In this document: piece after piece, positions 7,911 through 17,401 of the stretch
How the letters are laid out: the number at the start of each line of letters is the position of its first letter
How positions within the stretch are numbered: the first letter of the stretch is position 1
Source: Candidatus Jacksonbacteria bacterium RIFOXYB2_FULL_44_15
Lineage (GTDB): Bacteria; Patescibacteriota; Patescibacteriia; UBA9629
Assembly: GCA_001818235.1 (NCBI GenBank)
Contig: MHJY01000010.1
Span: 17,609-81,608, forward strand
Direction: 5' to 3'
Length of the DNA: 64,000 bases
The notes under the pieces: model-generated
What the model was told of the DNA's origin: nothing
Databases searched by the model: none
The model's input: only the letters and a program-made list of their open reading frames with translations
Position numbers and translations under genes: made by a program

Positions 7911-9574
7911 CTGCCCCTTTACCCACAATCACCGACGAAGATACGGCGTCCGCTTTAGGTAAAAAATTAACCGAAATCGCCCGGCACGAAAAAGAATCAG
8001 AAATTAAACGCGAGGCCGAAAGCCTTGGTTTAGAATTTGTTAAACTGATGGGCAAACACATCCCGCCGGACGTTATTTCTATAATTCCCAAAAACCAAGC
8101 GGAAAAAAACAAAGTCCTGATTTATTTTAAAGACATCAGCGTTATCCGTCTGGCGGCGATCGAACCGTTGGACAAAAACGTCCAAAAAATTGCTCAAGAA
8201 CTTTCCGAAGAATACGATCGCCCGGTTAAGATTGATATTACAACCCAAGAAAATTTTGATGTCGCGCTGAAAGAATACGAAAACGTGAGGCAAATGTTAA
8301 TTTTAGGGACGATTGATATTGATGAATCAGCCATTTCCCAAATTGGCACCCAAATCAACGACTACCGCCAAATTGGCACCAAAGCCCACCAAACCACTAC
8401 CAGCGAATTTTTAAATATGATTTTGAGCGCCGCCCTGCGCATCAACGCCTCTGATGTCCACTTTCAGCCGGAAGAGGTTGATGTTAAAGTCCGTTTCCGG
8501 GTAGACGGCGTTTTGCATGATTTGTTTAGTTTGGAAACAAACATTTACCTTCAAATCAAAAAAAGAATCAAGCTGATCGGCAAACTAAAAATAAACATCG
8601 AAAACAAACCGCAAGACGGGGCATTGGTCTTAAACTCGAAAAATAAAAAAATCGACCTTCGTCTTTCCGCTTTACCGACGCACTATGGAGAAAGCCTGGT
8701 GATCCGGCTATTAAATCCAGACGCGATCCAGTTGGAGTTTAGCGCGCTGGGCATTCATGGCCGGGCACTGCACCTGATGCAAGAAAAAATCATTAGATCC
8801 AGCGGCATGATTTTAGCCTGCGGCCCGACCGGTAGCGGCAAAACCACTACCCTCTACACAATTTTAAAAAAATTAAACCGAGAAGACACCCAAATCATCA
8901 CCTTAGAAAATCCAATCGAATACAAGCTGGAGGGGATTCTTCAGACGCAGATTGATGATAATTTATCTTTCGCGCAAGGTCTAAAAACGGTCCTCCGGCA
9001 AGACCCTAATATTATTATGGTTGGAGAAATTCGCGATTTGGAAACCGCGGAAACGGCCATCAGCGCCGCCTTAACCGGCCATTTGGTAGTTACCACGCTC
9101 CATACCAATAACGCCGCCGGCGCCATTCCCAGATTTCTGGCCATGGGTGCCAAAGGTTTTATGCTGGCGCCATCTTTAAATTTGATTATCGCCCAAAGGC
9201 TGACGCGCCGCCTTTGCCCTGATTGCAAGGCCCCGACCACCTTGCCTCCGGAACTAAGCGCCAGGGTAAAATCAGAACTGTCCCAGATTCCCGAAGAGGA
9301 TCTGGGCGAGATAAATTTAAATGATTTGCATTTTTTTAAAGCGGTTGGTTGCCCCAAATGCAGCGGTCTCGGACTCCAAGGCCGTATTGGCCTGTTTGAA
9401 CTTTTGGATATTTCCGAAAAATTGATCGCCAGTATCGAAAGCGCCGCTTTAACCGAAACCGCGATTGTCCAGATCTCTCGGGAGCAAAAAATGGTCACCA
9501 TGCTCCATGACGGTTTTCTCAAAGCGGCTATGGGAATTACCAGCGTGGAAGAAATTTTGCGGGTCGCTGATTAA
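7901..9574 (+). CDS. pilB: Type IV pilus assembly / T2SS ATPase, PilB/GspE family
   Basis: Walker A GPTGSGKTTT, a GspE N-terminal domain, a tetracysteine motif (CPDCK...CPKCSG), and Asp/His boxes. Confidence 0.85.
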   Translation: MGITAPLPTITDEDTASALGKKLTEIARHEKESEIKREAESLGLEFVKLMGKHIPPDVISIIPKNQAEKNKVLIYFKDISVIRLAAIEPLDKNVQKIAQELSEEYDRPVKIDITTQENFDVALKEYENVRQMLILGTIDIDESAISQIGTQINDYRQIGTKAHQTTTSEFLNMILSAALRINASDVHFQPEEVDVKVRFRVDGVLHDLFSLETNIYLQIKKRIKLIGKLKINIENKPQDGALVLNSKNKKIDLRLSALPTHYGESLVIRLLNPDAIQLEFSALGIHGRALHLMQEKIIRSSGMILACGPTGSGKTTTLYTILKKLNREDTQIITLENPIEYKLEGILQTQIDDNLSFAQGLKTVLRQDPNIIMVGEIRDLETAETAISAALTGHLVVTTLHTNNAAGAIPRFLAMGAKGFMLAPSLNLIIAQRLTRRLCPDCKAPTTLPPELSARVKSELSQIPEEDLGEINLNDLHFFKAVGCPKCSGLGLQGRIGLFELLDISEKLIASIESAALTETAIVQISREQKMVTMLHDGFLKAAMGITSVEEILRVAD

Positions 9575-9585
9575 TTCACATATTC

Positions 9586-10473
9586 ATGGAATATACTTCG
9601 TCCAAACTTCTGCACCAAATTTTTACGCCCCGTCCGGCAATATCGCGTAAATACGACTATGGGCATTTGTTGATTATCGCCGGGAGTAAATTTTACCCCG
9701 GGGCCTCCGGACTGGCATCGCTTGCGGCTTTGCGTTCTGGGGTTGATGTCGTCACTTTAGCCGCGCCAAAACGCGCCGCTGACATCGCCGCCGGCTTTTC
9801 ACCAGCACTCATCACCTATTCACTAGCAGGTGATTTTTTGATGGAACGGCATTTTGATGAAATTTTGACACTGCTTAAAGGGAAAAACGCAATTGCCCTT
9901 GGCCCTGGATTAGGACGTGAAGAAGAAACACTTGAAATCGTTCGACAAATAGTTAAATCAACTGACTTACCGACAGTCATTGATGCGGATGCCATCTATG
10001 CCTTCGGCAAGAAACAAGATACAAGAAACAAGAAACAAACAATCTTCACCCCACATGCCCGCGAATTTAAAGCTTTGACTGATATTGATGTCACTGCGCT
10101 GGAAATTAACGCGAAAACAGAAGTTGTAAAAAAAACTGCTAAAAAATTAGGCGCGGTTATCTTACTAAAAGGACCGACTGACATTATAAGTGACGGTACA
10201 GAAGTTTATCTCAACAAAACCGGCTCGCCGTATATGACGAGCGGCGGTACCGGTGATGTCTTGTGCGGTATGGTTGGCGCTCTGGCCGCGCGCTTGCACG
10301 CGCAAGCCATTTACAATGGCCAGACAGTTGATTTGGCTAAAATCAGCTACACCGCCGCTTGCGCCGGCGCCTACCTCTCTGGAAAAGCTGGTGAACTCGC
10401 CGCGAAAAAGTATAAAGACAGTTTGATCGCCACTGATGTGATTGAGGAGATTCGTAGAGTCATCGTAAGGTAA
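9586..10473 (+). CDS. nnrD: ADP-dependent NAD(P)H-hydrate dehydratase (YjeF C-terminal domain)
   Basis: YDYGHLLIIAGS...YPGA and GGTGDVLCGMVGAL motifs of the carbohydrate-kinase-like YjeF_C family. Confidence 0.8.
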   Translation: MEYTSSKLLHQIFTPRPAISRKYDYGHLLIIAGSKFYPGASGLASLAALRSGVDVVTLAAPKRAADIAAGFSPALITYSLAGDFLMERHFDEILTLLKGKNAIALGPGLGREEETLEIVRQIVKSTDLPTVIDADAIYAFGKKQDTRNKKQTIFTPHAREFKALTDIDVTALEINAKTEVVKKTAKKLGAVILLKGPTDIISDGTEVYLNKTGSPYMTSGGTGDVLCGMVGALAARLHAQAIYNGQTVDLAKISYTAACAGAYLSGKAGELAAKKYKDSLIATDVIEEIRRVIVR

Positions 10474-10480
10474 CGTTATT

Positions 10481-10600
10481 CTGACCTGGTTAGCTTGTCC
10501 CTCCAATTTGGCGGGCAAGCTAACCAGGTCAAAGTCTATCTACAAGAAAAAACCTGGTTAGTTTACCCGCCGCATTAGTGGGTTTGCTAACCAGGTTTTA
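10481..10600. terminator. Two tandem long hairpins sharing a CCTGGTTAGC core, between convergent genes
   Basis: The first hairpin is gacctggttagcttg...caagctaaccaggtc and the second is aaaacctggttag...ctaaccaggtttt. The second is flanked by A and T runs and is probably a bidirectional terminator. Confidence 0.4.
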
Positions 10601-10669
10601 ATTTTGGTTTAAATGGAATGACTCTCGCTTTCCCCTCCTTACGAAGGAGGGGTTAGGGGAGGTTTATGT

Positions 10670-11878
10670 CTATATCTCCTCCTCCACCAAAACTTTTTCA
10701 ACTTCGTTCAACTCTTTTACAAGCGCCTTTCGCCTAAACACAAACTGACGCGACTGTTGTTCTTTTTGATTATAAAGCCAACCATGCTCAATCGGCAGTT
10801 GACCTTGATCAAGCGCCGCAAAATATCGGCTGATTGATTCGGCATTATGATATTCATACGTCTTTCCATATGAATACGCGCACCAGCCGAATCCAATCAG
10901 AGACACTTGCTCAATCCAGCGGTCTTGATAAACTCGCGGCTGGAATCCTGGCTTTGAATACCAACCAATCGGTCCCTCGACATAGCCAGAATGTTCAAGA
11001 ATTCTCCGCCCTACGATTTGCATCACATAAGTCTCTACCTGTGATGGAAACTCATCTGGATGTTGCTGATAATATCGCGACAACTGACTGTTGAGATCCC
11101 CTCGCCCCAGACGCAGGCGATAAAGAGTTATATTTGTTGGTCGCAAAGTAGCGACGCTTTGCACATCCTCGGCAAACTTTTCGACACTTTGACGCGGGAA
11201 ACCGTAAATCAGGTCAACATTGACCGACCGAAAATCGGCACTGATTAATCTTTTAACCGTATCTATTGCTTGAGCTACGGTATCCTGCCGCCCGAGCCAC
11301 TTTAAATAAACATCATCTAAAACCTGCACTCCGACACTAGCTCTTGTCACTCCCGCCAACTTGGCACATTCGACCTTTTCCGGCGTCCATCCTTCCGGCG
11401 AGCCCTCAAATGTGATTTCGACGTTATCAACTAGCCGAAAATGCTCTCGAAAATATCTCAAGAGTTTTTGAATCTGGGCTATTGACATTAATGTCGGTGT
11501 GCCACCGCCGATGTATAAAGAGGTGACCATTTTATCTCTAACCTCCGGCACCTGCTCTAAAAGAAGATTAGCTTCCCTCATCAATCCCTCAACAAAGCGA
11601 CCAACATCGCCGCCGACCACCACCGGATAGTGGCAGTAGCGACAACGTCTTGAGCACACGGGCATGTGTGCATATAGACTCACCCTCTTCTCAATGCGAA
11701 GCTGCTCTCGTACAGCCACGACGATTTCTTTTCCCTTGACTCTCTCGCCGGTTTCAAACCCCACCTTAAAACCATATTGGTCTGGTGTCCGCTGAAATCT
11801 AGTCGGATTTTGATGCACCACCGGCATCACCTGGCTTTGTACAAACTCACGAGCTTCTTTAATTAGTTTATCCATCAT
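10670..11878 (-). CDS. Radical SAM protein, HemN/HemW (coproporphyrinogen-III oxidase-like) family
   Basis: CSRRCRYCHY (CxxxCxxC), GGGTPT motif, and a HemN_C-like C-terminal domain. Confidence 0.8.
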   Translation of the reverse strand: MMDKLIKEAREFVQSQVMPVVHQNPTRFQRTPDQYGFKVGFETGERVKGKEIVVAVREQLRIEKRVSLYAHMPVCSRRCRYCHYPVVVGGDVGRFVEGLMREANLLLEQVPEVRDKMVTSLYIGGGTPTLMSIAQIQKLLRYFREHFRLVDNVEITFEGSPEGWTPEKVECAKLAGVTRASVGVQVLDDVYLKWLGRQDTVAQAIDTVKRLISADFRSVNVDLIYGFPRQSVEKFAEDVQSVATLRPTNITLYRLRLGRGDLNSQLSRYYQQHPDEFPSQVETYVMQIVGRRILEHSGYVEGPIGWYSKPGFQPRVYQDRWIEQVSLIGFGWCAYSYGKTYEYHNAESISRYFAALDQGQLPIEHGWLYNQKEQQSRQFVFRRKALVKELNEVEKVLVEEEI

Positions 11879-11882
11879 TAAA

Positions 11883-11906
11883 ACTCCTTGTCATTCTCGC
11901 GAAAGC
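11883..11906 (-). repeat. Family-A motif copy 11 nt upstream of the HemN-like start
   Basis: On the coding strand it reads GATTCCCGCTTTCGCGAGAATGAC followed by AAGGAG (SD), a 4-nt spacer, then ATG. It contains a GNRA (GAAA) tetraloop hairpin. Confidence 0.6.
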
Positions 11907-12066
11907 GGGAATCTATATCAATAGTTCAACCAGCATTCTTGTCCTCCCATTGAGAACACCATATTATACACCTCTCAAAACAATTGCCAACTAAATTATA
12001 CAAATAGATATACCTAATACCTAATACTTAATACCTGATACTTAAACAGCTCTTACTATAGCCAAA

Positions 12067-12096
12067 TTTGACACAGTAACAAAAATCATCTATGCT
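12067..12096 (+). promoter_or_regulatory. Sigma70-like promoter (TTGACA-N18-TATGCT) for the TrmB-GT operon
   Basis: Near-consensus hexamers about 20 nt upstream of the 12115 start. A TAATACC-type tandem simple repeat lies at 12010-12045. Confidence 0.4.
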
Positions 12097-12114
12097 CAAT
12101 TCAGTTGTCAAAAA

Positions 12115-12879
12115 ATGACGACAATATCAAAAAAAATGACCGAATCAATTAAAACCTTAGCCGAATTCGGCCTCACCCCCAATCAAACCAAAGTTTATTT
12201 GGCACTCCTTGAATTAGGCGAAGCCAGGGTGCAAGATATAGCTAAAAGAGCTCAAGTCCTGCGAACTACTACTTACGAGGTTTTAGAACAGCTCAAACAA
12301 ATCGGCATCATCAGCCAATACAACCGACAGAATATTCGAATTTACTTTGCGGAACCGCCAAGTTCTTTGGAGCAAATTTTGGAGACTAAAAAAAAAGCAA
12401 TCCAAAAAATCCTGCCGCAACTTGAATCCGTTTATAATATCAGTGACTTTAAGCCTAAAATAAGATACTATGAAGGGGTTAAAGGGTACAAAATTGTTTA
12501 TGAAGATACTTTAACCTGCCAAGAAAAACATTTGCGCGCCATCTTGTCGATGCAGGACATGTTTGAAAAAATGGGCGAGCAATATATGGAAAATTACATT
12601 AAAAAACGCGCTACCACTGGTATCAATCTTAATGTCATTCGAATCGGCCCGCACGAAGTCAAACCGATTTGGCCGGAAAGCCGCGAAGAATTGCGCGCCG
12701 TCCGCTTTGCGCCAGAGAACTTTGTTTTTCCTTTAACGATGTATATTTACGATAATAAAGTCAGTTTAATGTCCACCAAACGTGAAAATTTTAGTTTAAT
12801 CATCGAGTCCAAAGAATTTATGCAGACTCAGAAAGCCTTATTCGAAATTTTGTGGCAAGTATCCACGAAATCAAAATGA
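12115..12879 (+). CDS. TrmB-family transcriptional regulator (paralog 1)
   Basis: N-terminal wHTH (TKVYLALLELGEARVQDIAKRAQVLRTTTYEVLEQL) and a TrmB C-terminal domain. It is similar to the other three paralogs in the window. Confidence 0.75.
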   Translation: MTTISKKMTESIKTLAEFGLTPNQTKVYLALLELGEARVQDIAKRAQVLRTTTYEVLEQLKQIGIISQYNRQNIRIYFAEPPSSLEQILETKKKAIQKILPQLESVYNISDFKPKIRYYEGVKGYKIVYEDTLTCQEKHLRAILSMQDMFEKMGEQYMENYIKKRATTGINLNVIRIGPHEVKPIWPESREELRAVRFAPENFVFPLTMYIYDNKVSLMSTKRENFSLIIESKEFMQTQKALFEILWQVSTKSK

Positions 12880-13991
12880 CAATTATGACGATCGGCGTCG
12901 AGGCAACCAAAGCGTTTGAAGAGAAAAAGACTGGCGTGGGCTGGTACACGTTTTATATTACGAGCGAATTAATACGTTTAGTGCGTCCGGAAGATGAACT
13001 GCAGGTATATATAAATCCGGCCCAAATTTCAAATTTTAAATTTCAAATTTCTAAACAATGTAACAATGTAACAATGAAGCCATTATCTTGGTGGCCGAGA
13101 AAATTCTGGACTCAAATACGCTTGAGTTACGAAATGCTAACACAGCCCCCGGACGTGTTGTTTATTCCGGCGCATTTGCCGCCGCTCTGCCACCCCAAAA
13201 AATTAGTTGTGACGATTCACGACCTCGCTTTCAAGCAATATCCAGAAGTCTATTCGACGAAAGAGCTTCGCTTGCAGAAATGGGGGATTAAGCAGGTTTT
13301 AAAAAAAGCCTGGCGAATAATTGTGCCGAGCCAGTTTACAAAAGATGAGATTGTTAAGTATTATCCGGATTTAGCTAGTGATAACATCTTTGTCGTGCCG
13401 CACGGCGTAGATCATGATAAATTTAAAACTAAAAACTTAAAACTAAAAACTAAAGAAAATACTATTTTATATATCGGAAGACTTGAACATAAAAAAAATC
13501 TTATCCCTCTTGTTAAAGCGTTTAACCTTATCAATAATTTAAAATTAGAAATTAAAAATTTAAAATTAATTTTAGTCGGCTCTCCCGGCTTCGGCTATGC
13601 TGACATCAAACGCGAAATTGACGCATCACCATACAAGAGCAACATTCACCAGCTCGGCTGGATTGATCGTGACGGCCTAGTTGATCAACTAAATCAAGCC
13701 AGCCTCTTTGTCCTGCCGTCACTTTATGAGGGCTTTGGCCTGCCGCTTTTGGAAGCCATGGCCTGCGGTACTGCTGTAGCTTGTAGTGATATCCCGTCGC
13801 TTAAAGAAGTGGGCGCAGATGTTCCGTTATATTTTAACGCAAATGATCCCCAGGATATCGCCCAAAAAATTATCCTGCTTTTAACCGACGAGGCTCTGCG
13901 AAGGCAAAAAATCAATCAGGGATTAAAGCGCGCGAGCGAGTATACCTGGCAAGCCACCGCCCAAAAAACTTGGCAAGTACTAACTACTTAA
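12876..13991 (+). CDS. Glycosyltransferase family 4 (GT1/GT-B fold)
   Basis: EGFGLPLLEAMACGTAVACSD motif. Its ATG overlaps the TrmB stop (ATGA). It contains internal DNA tandem repeats at 13020-13075. Confidence 0.85.
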   Translation: MTIMTIGVEATKAFEEKKTGVGWYTFYITSELIRLVRPEDELQVYINPAQISNFKFQISKQCNNVTMKPLSWWPRKFWTQIRLSYEMLTQPPDVLFIPAHLPPLCHPKKLVVTIHDLAFKQYPEVYSTKELRLQKWGIKQVLKKAWRIIVPSQFTKDEIVKYYPDLASDNIFVVPHGVDHDKFKTKNLKLKTKENTILYIGRLEHKKNLIPLVKAFNLINNLKLEIKNLKLILVGSPGFGYADIKREIDASPYKSNIHQLGWIDRDGLVDQLNQASLFVLPSLYEGFGLPLLEAMACGTAVACSDIPSLKEVGADVPLYFNANDPQDIAQKIILLLTDEALRRQKINQGLKRASEYTWQATAQKTWQVLTT

Positions 13992-13995
13992 AATT

Positions 13996-14865
13996 ATGAT
14001 AGCATTTTTGATTGGCTTAATCTTCGCAATTATGACCCCGCTTGCGGCCCACGCCGAGCTCCTGCCGCCGCCCAGTTTAGAATTTACTGTTACTTACAAC
14101 AACGAGTCGCTCAACCAAAAAAATGTTAACCTGGCGCTTTTAGCTTGCCGCGGAGCTTGGTCTGAAATCACCAATAATATTGATTTGACTCATCTTAACA
14201 TCCCCGATGCCTCAGGGCGCTGCAGCTGGATTAATGAGCCTGCTGATGACGACTTTTGCTGGACCAAGCCTTGTTTGCCAAAACCGCTCACCAGCCGCGG
14301 GCCGTATAAACTTGCTATTCAGTACCAACCGCTTTCAAATCAAATTTTTCTGGACGATCTGCCCTTTGATGATCCTGATGATCGCGCGTTGACCTTGCGT
14401 TACCAAATCAACTTAAAGCCCGAAAGCCTTGCCGAGATTATCTTCAAAGACAGAACCAGCTACGAACAGTACTCACAAGAAGCGAGTCGAAATCAGCCGC
14501 AAATTGCCTCCCAAGTGCAAAGTCGCCGTTTTAGCGCCTTTGCCATCTTGCTCTTAGCGACGATTGTCATTGAATCATGCCTTTTTTTACTATTTCGCGG
14601 ACAGCTGAAGCTTAAACGCAAAACCCTATTCTTGATACCGATTATTAATTTAGTCTCTTTCCCTTTATTTTTCTTTATCTTATTGAAATCACGAATTAAT
14701 ATTTATTGGTCAGAAACGATTGTTACGACGCTTGAAGGAATAATGCTCTACCCGTCAATCGCCAAATACACACGACAAGCGCCTTTAACTAAAGCCATTT
14801 TGACTTCATTGATACTCAACGCCGGCAGCTTTTTGATCGGGCTTTTGATTTATTGGTTAGTTTAG
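13996..14865 (+). CDS. Hypothetical secreted/membrane protein (signal peptide plus C-terminal transmembrane helices)
   Basis: N-terminal signal peptide (LAAHA/EL), a Cys-containing ectodomain and three predicted C-terminal transmembrane segments. It sits inside the glycan operon. Confidence 0.45.
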   Translation: MIAFLIGLIFAIMTPLAAHAELLPPPSLEFTVTYNNESLNQKNVNLALLACRGAWSEITNNIDLTHLNIPDASGRCSWINEPADDDFCWTKPCLPKPLTSRGPYKLAIQYQPLSNQIFLDDLPFDDPDDRALTLRYQINLKPESLAEIIFKDRTSYEQYSQEASRNQPQIASQVQSRRFSAFAILLLATIVIESCLFLLFRGQLKLKRKTLFLIPIINLVSFPLFFFILLKSRINIYWSETIVTTLEGIMLYPSIAKYTRQAPLTKAILTSLILNAGSFLIGLLIYWLV

Positions 14866-14889
14866 GTTCAGTCTATTTTTGCATCGCAT

Positions 14890-16191
14890 ATGCCTTTTTA
14901 CTACTTAATCCCTCCCCTACTATTGCTCGCTTATTTAACTTACCGCCATACTTCATGGGGCATTTATGGAATCTTGGCAACCATTCAGGGTTATCTGATA
15001 CGCACCGAGATCTGGATTATACCAACCACTTGGCTGGAACTGGCAATTTACACAATTGCTCTAGTGAGCCTCATTAAACACCTTCGCGAAGAAACTCTAG
15101 AAACGCATTGGTATTACGCACTGCATCTAGTTCGCCCGTATATCATACCGGTGATTGTTTTGATTGTCTCGATGCTCATCTCGATAATTATCTCTGACAA
15201 TCAATTAGCTGCTTTAGGCATTTTTAAAGCATGGCTGGTTGATCCGTTGCTTTTTTGTTTAATATTTCTTGATGCAATCAAACCAGAACAAAAACGGCAG
15301 ATCATGTTTTTTTTGACCGTTTCGACCTGGCCGATTATGCTGTATGGATTTTGGGAATATGTTAAAAATACTGATCAAATCATCCCTGGCCGATTAGACA
15401 GCTTCTTTAACTCGCCTAATTTTGTCGCGATGTATCTAGTCCCGCTGGTTGTTTTGATTCTTGGTTTTTTGATTCTCTCACGCCGCCATCGCCATTCGCC
15501 TGCTGATCAAATAACCGGTTTTGGGAAACTCCAGACAATTTATTACTTCTGCTGGCTCGGAGTAGCGCTTTTGACGCTGTTGCTGACCAAATCGTTCGGC
15601 GGCTGGCTGGCACTAGCTTTGGGTCTTGCATTCCTCTTCCTTTTCATTCCAAAGTTTAATTTAAAAAAAATGCTGACTGCATCGATCGTCCTAATAATCA
15701 GCTTAACTCTGGGTTGGTTTGTATATCAAAAATCCATCTCCCATTATGATTCTTTCTGGCGCACAAATTCTTGGCAAACACGGCAAGCAATCTGGATTAA
15801 TTCGTTAAAACTTCTGGTTCGCGATCCTATACTGGGCGTTGGTTTAGCAGACTTCCAACCGGCCTATCAAAATTTCGTTACTCAACTGCCAAAAAACCAA
15901 CAACCGGCCGAATCCTCGGTGCCAGAACCGCACAATTTATACTTAGCTTGGTGGTTGCAAACAGGATTACTTGGCCTCGTAGCTTTCTTTTGGCTGATTT
16001 TGATCTTCTACTTAAAAAACTTAGATAACTATTTTAAAAAAAGCTTAGTCTTGACGATACCCGCGTTGGCCGCTCTGTTTGCCATTCTGGCTCACGGGCT
16101 TGTTGATACACCGTATTTTAAAAATGATCTATCGCTTTTATTCTGGATTTTGTTGATTTTTAATCTGCCGCAAACGCAAAATTCCAAATAA
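14890..16191 (+). CDS. O-antigen ligase (Wzy_C) family membrane protein
   Basis: Ten or more transmembrane helices and a periplasmic loop with PEPHNLYLAWWLQTGLLG, typical of WaaL/Wzy_C. Confidence 0.7.
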   Translation: MPFYYLIPPLLLLAYLTYRHTSWGIYGILATIQGYLIRTEIWIIPTTWLELAIYTIALVSLIKHLREETLETHWYYALHLVRPYIIPVIVLIVSMLISIIISDNQLAALGIFKAWLVDPLLFCLIFLDAIKPEQKRQIMFFLTVSTWPIMLYGFWEYVKNTDQIIPGRLDSFFNSPNFVAMYLVPLVVLILGFLILSRRHRHSPADQITGFGKLQTIYYFCWLGVALLTLLLTKSFGGWLALALGLAFLFLFIPKFNLKKMLTASIVLIISLTLGWFVYQKSISHYDSFWRTNSWQTRQAIWINSLKLLVRDPILGVGLADFQPAYQNFVTQLPKNQQPAESSVPEPHNLYLAWWLQTGLLGLVAFFWLILIFYLKNLDNYFKKSLVLTIPALAALFAILAHGLVDTPYFKNDLSLLFWILLIFNLPQTQNSK

Positions 16192-16302
16192 TTGAGCTTT
16201 GATATTTGACTCTGTATCAACCTTATAATAAAAATTCCCCGTCCGGTAATAGGATAGGGAATTTTTGTATCTAGAAAAAATTATTTCTTCGAAGAAATTT
16301 TT

Positions 16303-16578
16303 TTATCTCACTGCTTCCTTCAAAGCCTTGCCTGGTTTAAATTTCGGTACTTTCATTGCCGGAATCTGGATTTTTTGGGTCGGATTCTGGGGATTGACAC
16401 CAACACGGGCTTTCCTGTGGCTAACGCTAAATGTTCCGAATCCAGTTAAGGTGACTTCTCCGCCACTTTTAAGGGTACCGGTAATTTCGTCAACAATTAA
16501 ATTAATCGCTTTTTCACCACCAGCTTTGGTAGTTTCTAAAGCTTCAGAAATTTTTTGTGCTAAATCGGCTTTCGTCAT
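16303..16578 (-). CDS. hup: DNA-binding protein HU
   Basis: MTKADLAQKISE...GFGTFSVSHRKARVGVNPQNPTQKIQIPAMKVPKFKPGKALK matches the HU/IHF signature. Confidence 0.9.
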   Translation of the reverse strand: MTKADLAQKISEALETTKAGGEKAINLIVDEITGTLKSGGEVTLTGFGTFSVSHRKARVGVNPQNPTQKIQIPAMKVPKFKPGKALKEAVR

Positions 16579-16582
16579 AGTA

Positions 16583-17383
16583 TCACCTCCCTTCTATAAT
16601 CATATCTATCCGCTTAATTTGAATAGACTGATGGTTCTTAAGTTTGGCTAAAACACTATTAAAAACTATATCGCCTGTTTCTACCATTTTATGCTTTACC
16701 GGCAGTTGTGTCAAGAATGCCTCTATAATTTCATCTTTTTGGACTCCGAGGATACTATCCTTAGGACCGACCATCCCCACGTCCGTCACGTAACCCAACT
16801 TATGTTTTGACAGTAGTTCGGCGTCAGCGGTGGGAATATGCGTATGCGTGCCAACTACCAGTGATGCTCGCCCAGCCGCATACCAGGCAAAAGCCACTTT
16901 TTCAGACGTCGCTTCCGCGTGAAAATCTACAATCACCTCATCATGCTTTGGCGCTTCCTTAAGAATTTCATCAAATTTTCGAAATGGGTCATCATAATCC
17001 AGCTTCATAAAAACTCGGCCAATCAAGTTTATGAGCAACACTTTCTTAGTTTTTACCTTTATAATGCAATAACCTCGGCCAGGCACGTTAGGCGGATAAT
17101 TGGCTGGGCGGATAATTTGATTCTTCGCTTCAGCCAAGAGCTCTTTGCCCTCAGGTTGGGCCCACACATGATTTCCGGTCGTGAAAGCATCAATGCCGAT
17201 ATTTTGAATTTCGGCTAAAGTTCCTTTGGTAATGCCTTTACCATGGGCCAAATTCTCGATGTTGGCAATCACCAAATCCAAACTCTCCTGCTTGCGCAAT
17301 TTTGCCACCACCTGTTGCACCGCCCGGCGACCAAGTTGGCTGACTATATCACCGATGAATAAAACATTTAAAGTACCAGCCAT
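16583..17383 (-). CDS. ymdB: YmdB-family metallophosphoesterase (TIGR00282)
   Basis: LFIGDIVSQLGRRA start and GNHVWAQ / HAEATSEK motifs. It is adjacent to rny, as in Firmicutes. Confidence 0.85.
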   Translation of the reverse strand: MAGTLNVLFIGDIVSQLGRRAVQQVVAKLRKQESLDLVIANIENLAHGKGITKGTLAEIQNIGIDAFTTGNHVWAQPEGKELLAEAKNQIIRPANYPPNVPGRGYCIIKVKTKKVLLINLIGRVFMKLDYDDPFRKFDEILKEAPKHDEVIVDFHAEATSEKVAFAWYAAGRASLVVGTHTHIPTADAELLSKHKLGYVTDVGMVGPKDSILGVQKDEIIEAFLTQLPVKHKMVETGDIVFNSVLAKLKNHQSIQIKRIDMIIEGR

Positions 17384-17401
17384 AAATGACTATTTACGAA
17401 T

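Noticed and set aside
8941-9522. 193-aa minus-strand ORF antisense to pilB
   Set aside because: Antisense shadow inside a strongly supported ATPase gene.
12010-12045. Tandem TAATACC-like short repeat considered as a possible CRISPR or iteron array
   Set aside because: The units are 7-11 nt, contiguous, without spacers or nearby cas genes. It is a simple low-complexity tract in a promoter region.
16265-16651. 128-aa plus-strand ORF overlapping hup
   Set aside because: Antisense to the HU gene, which has a clear family signature. Hydrophobic low-complexity product.
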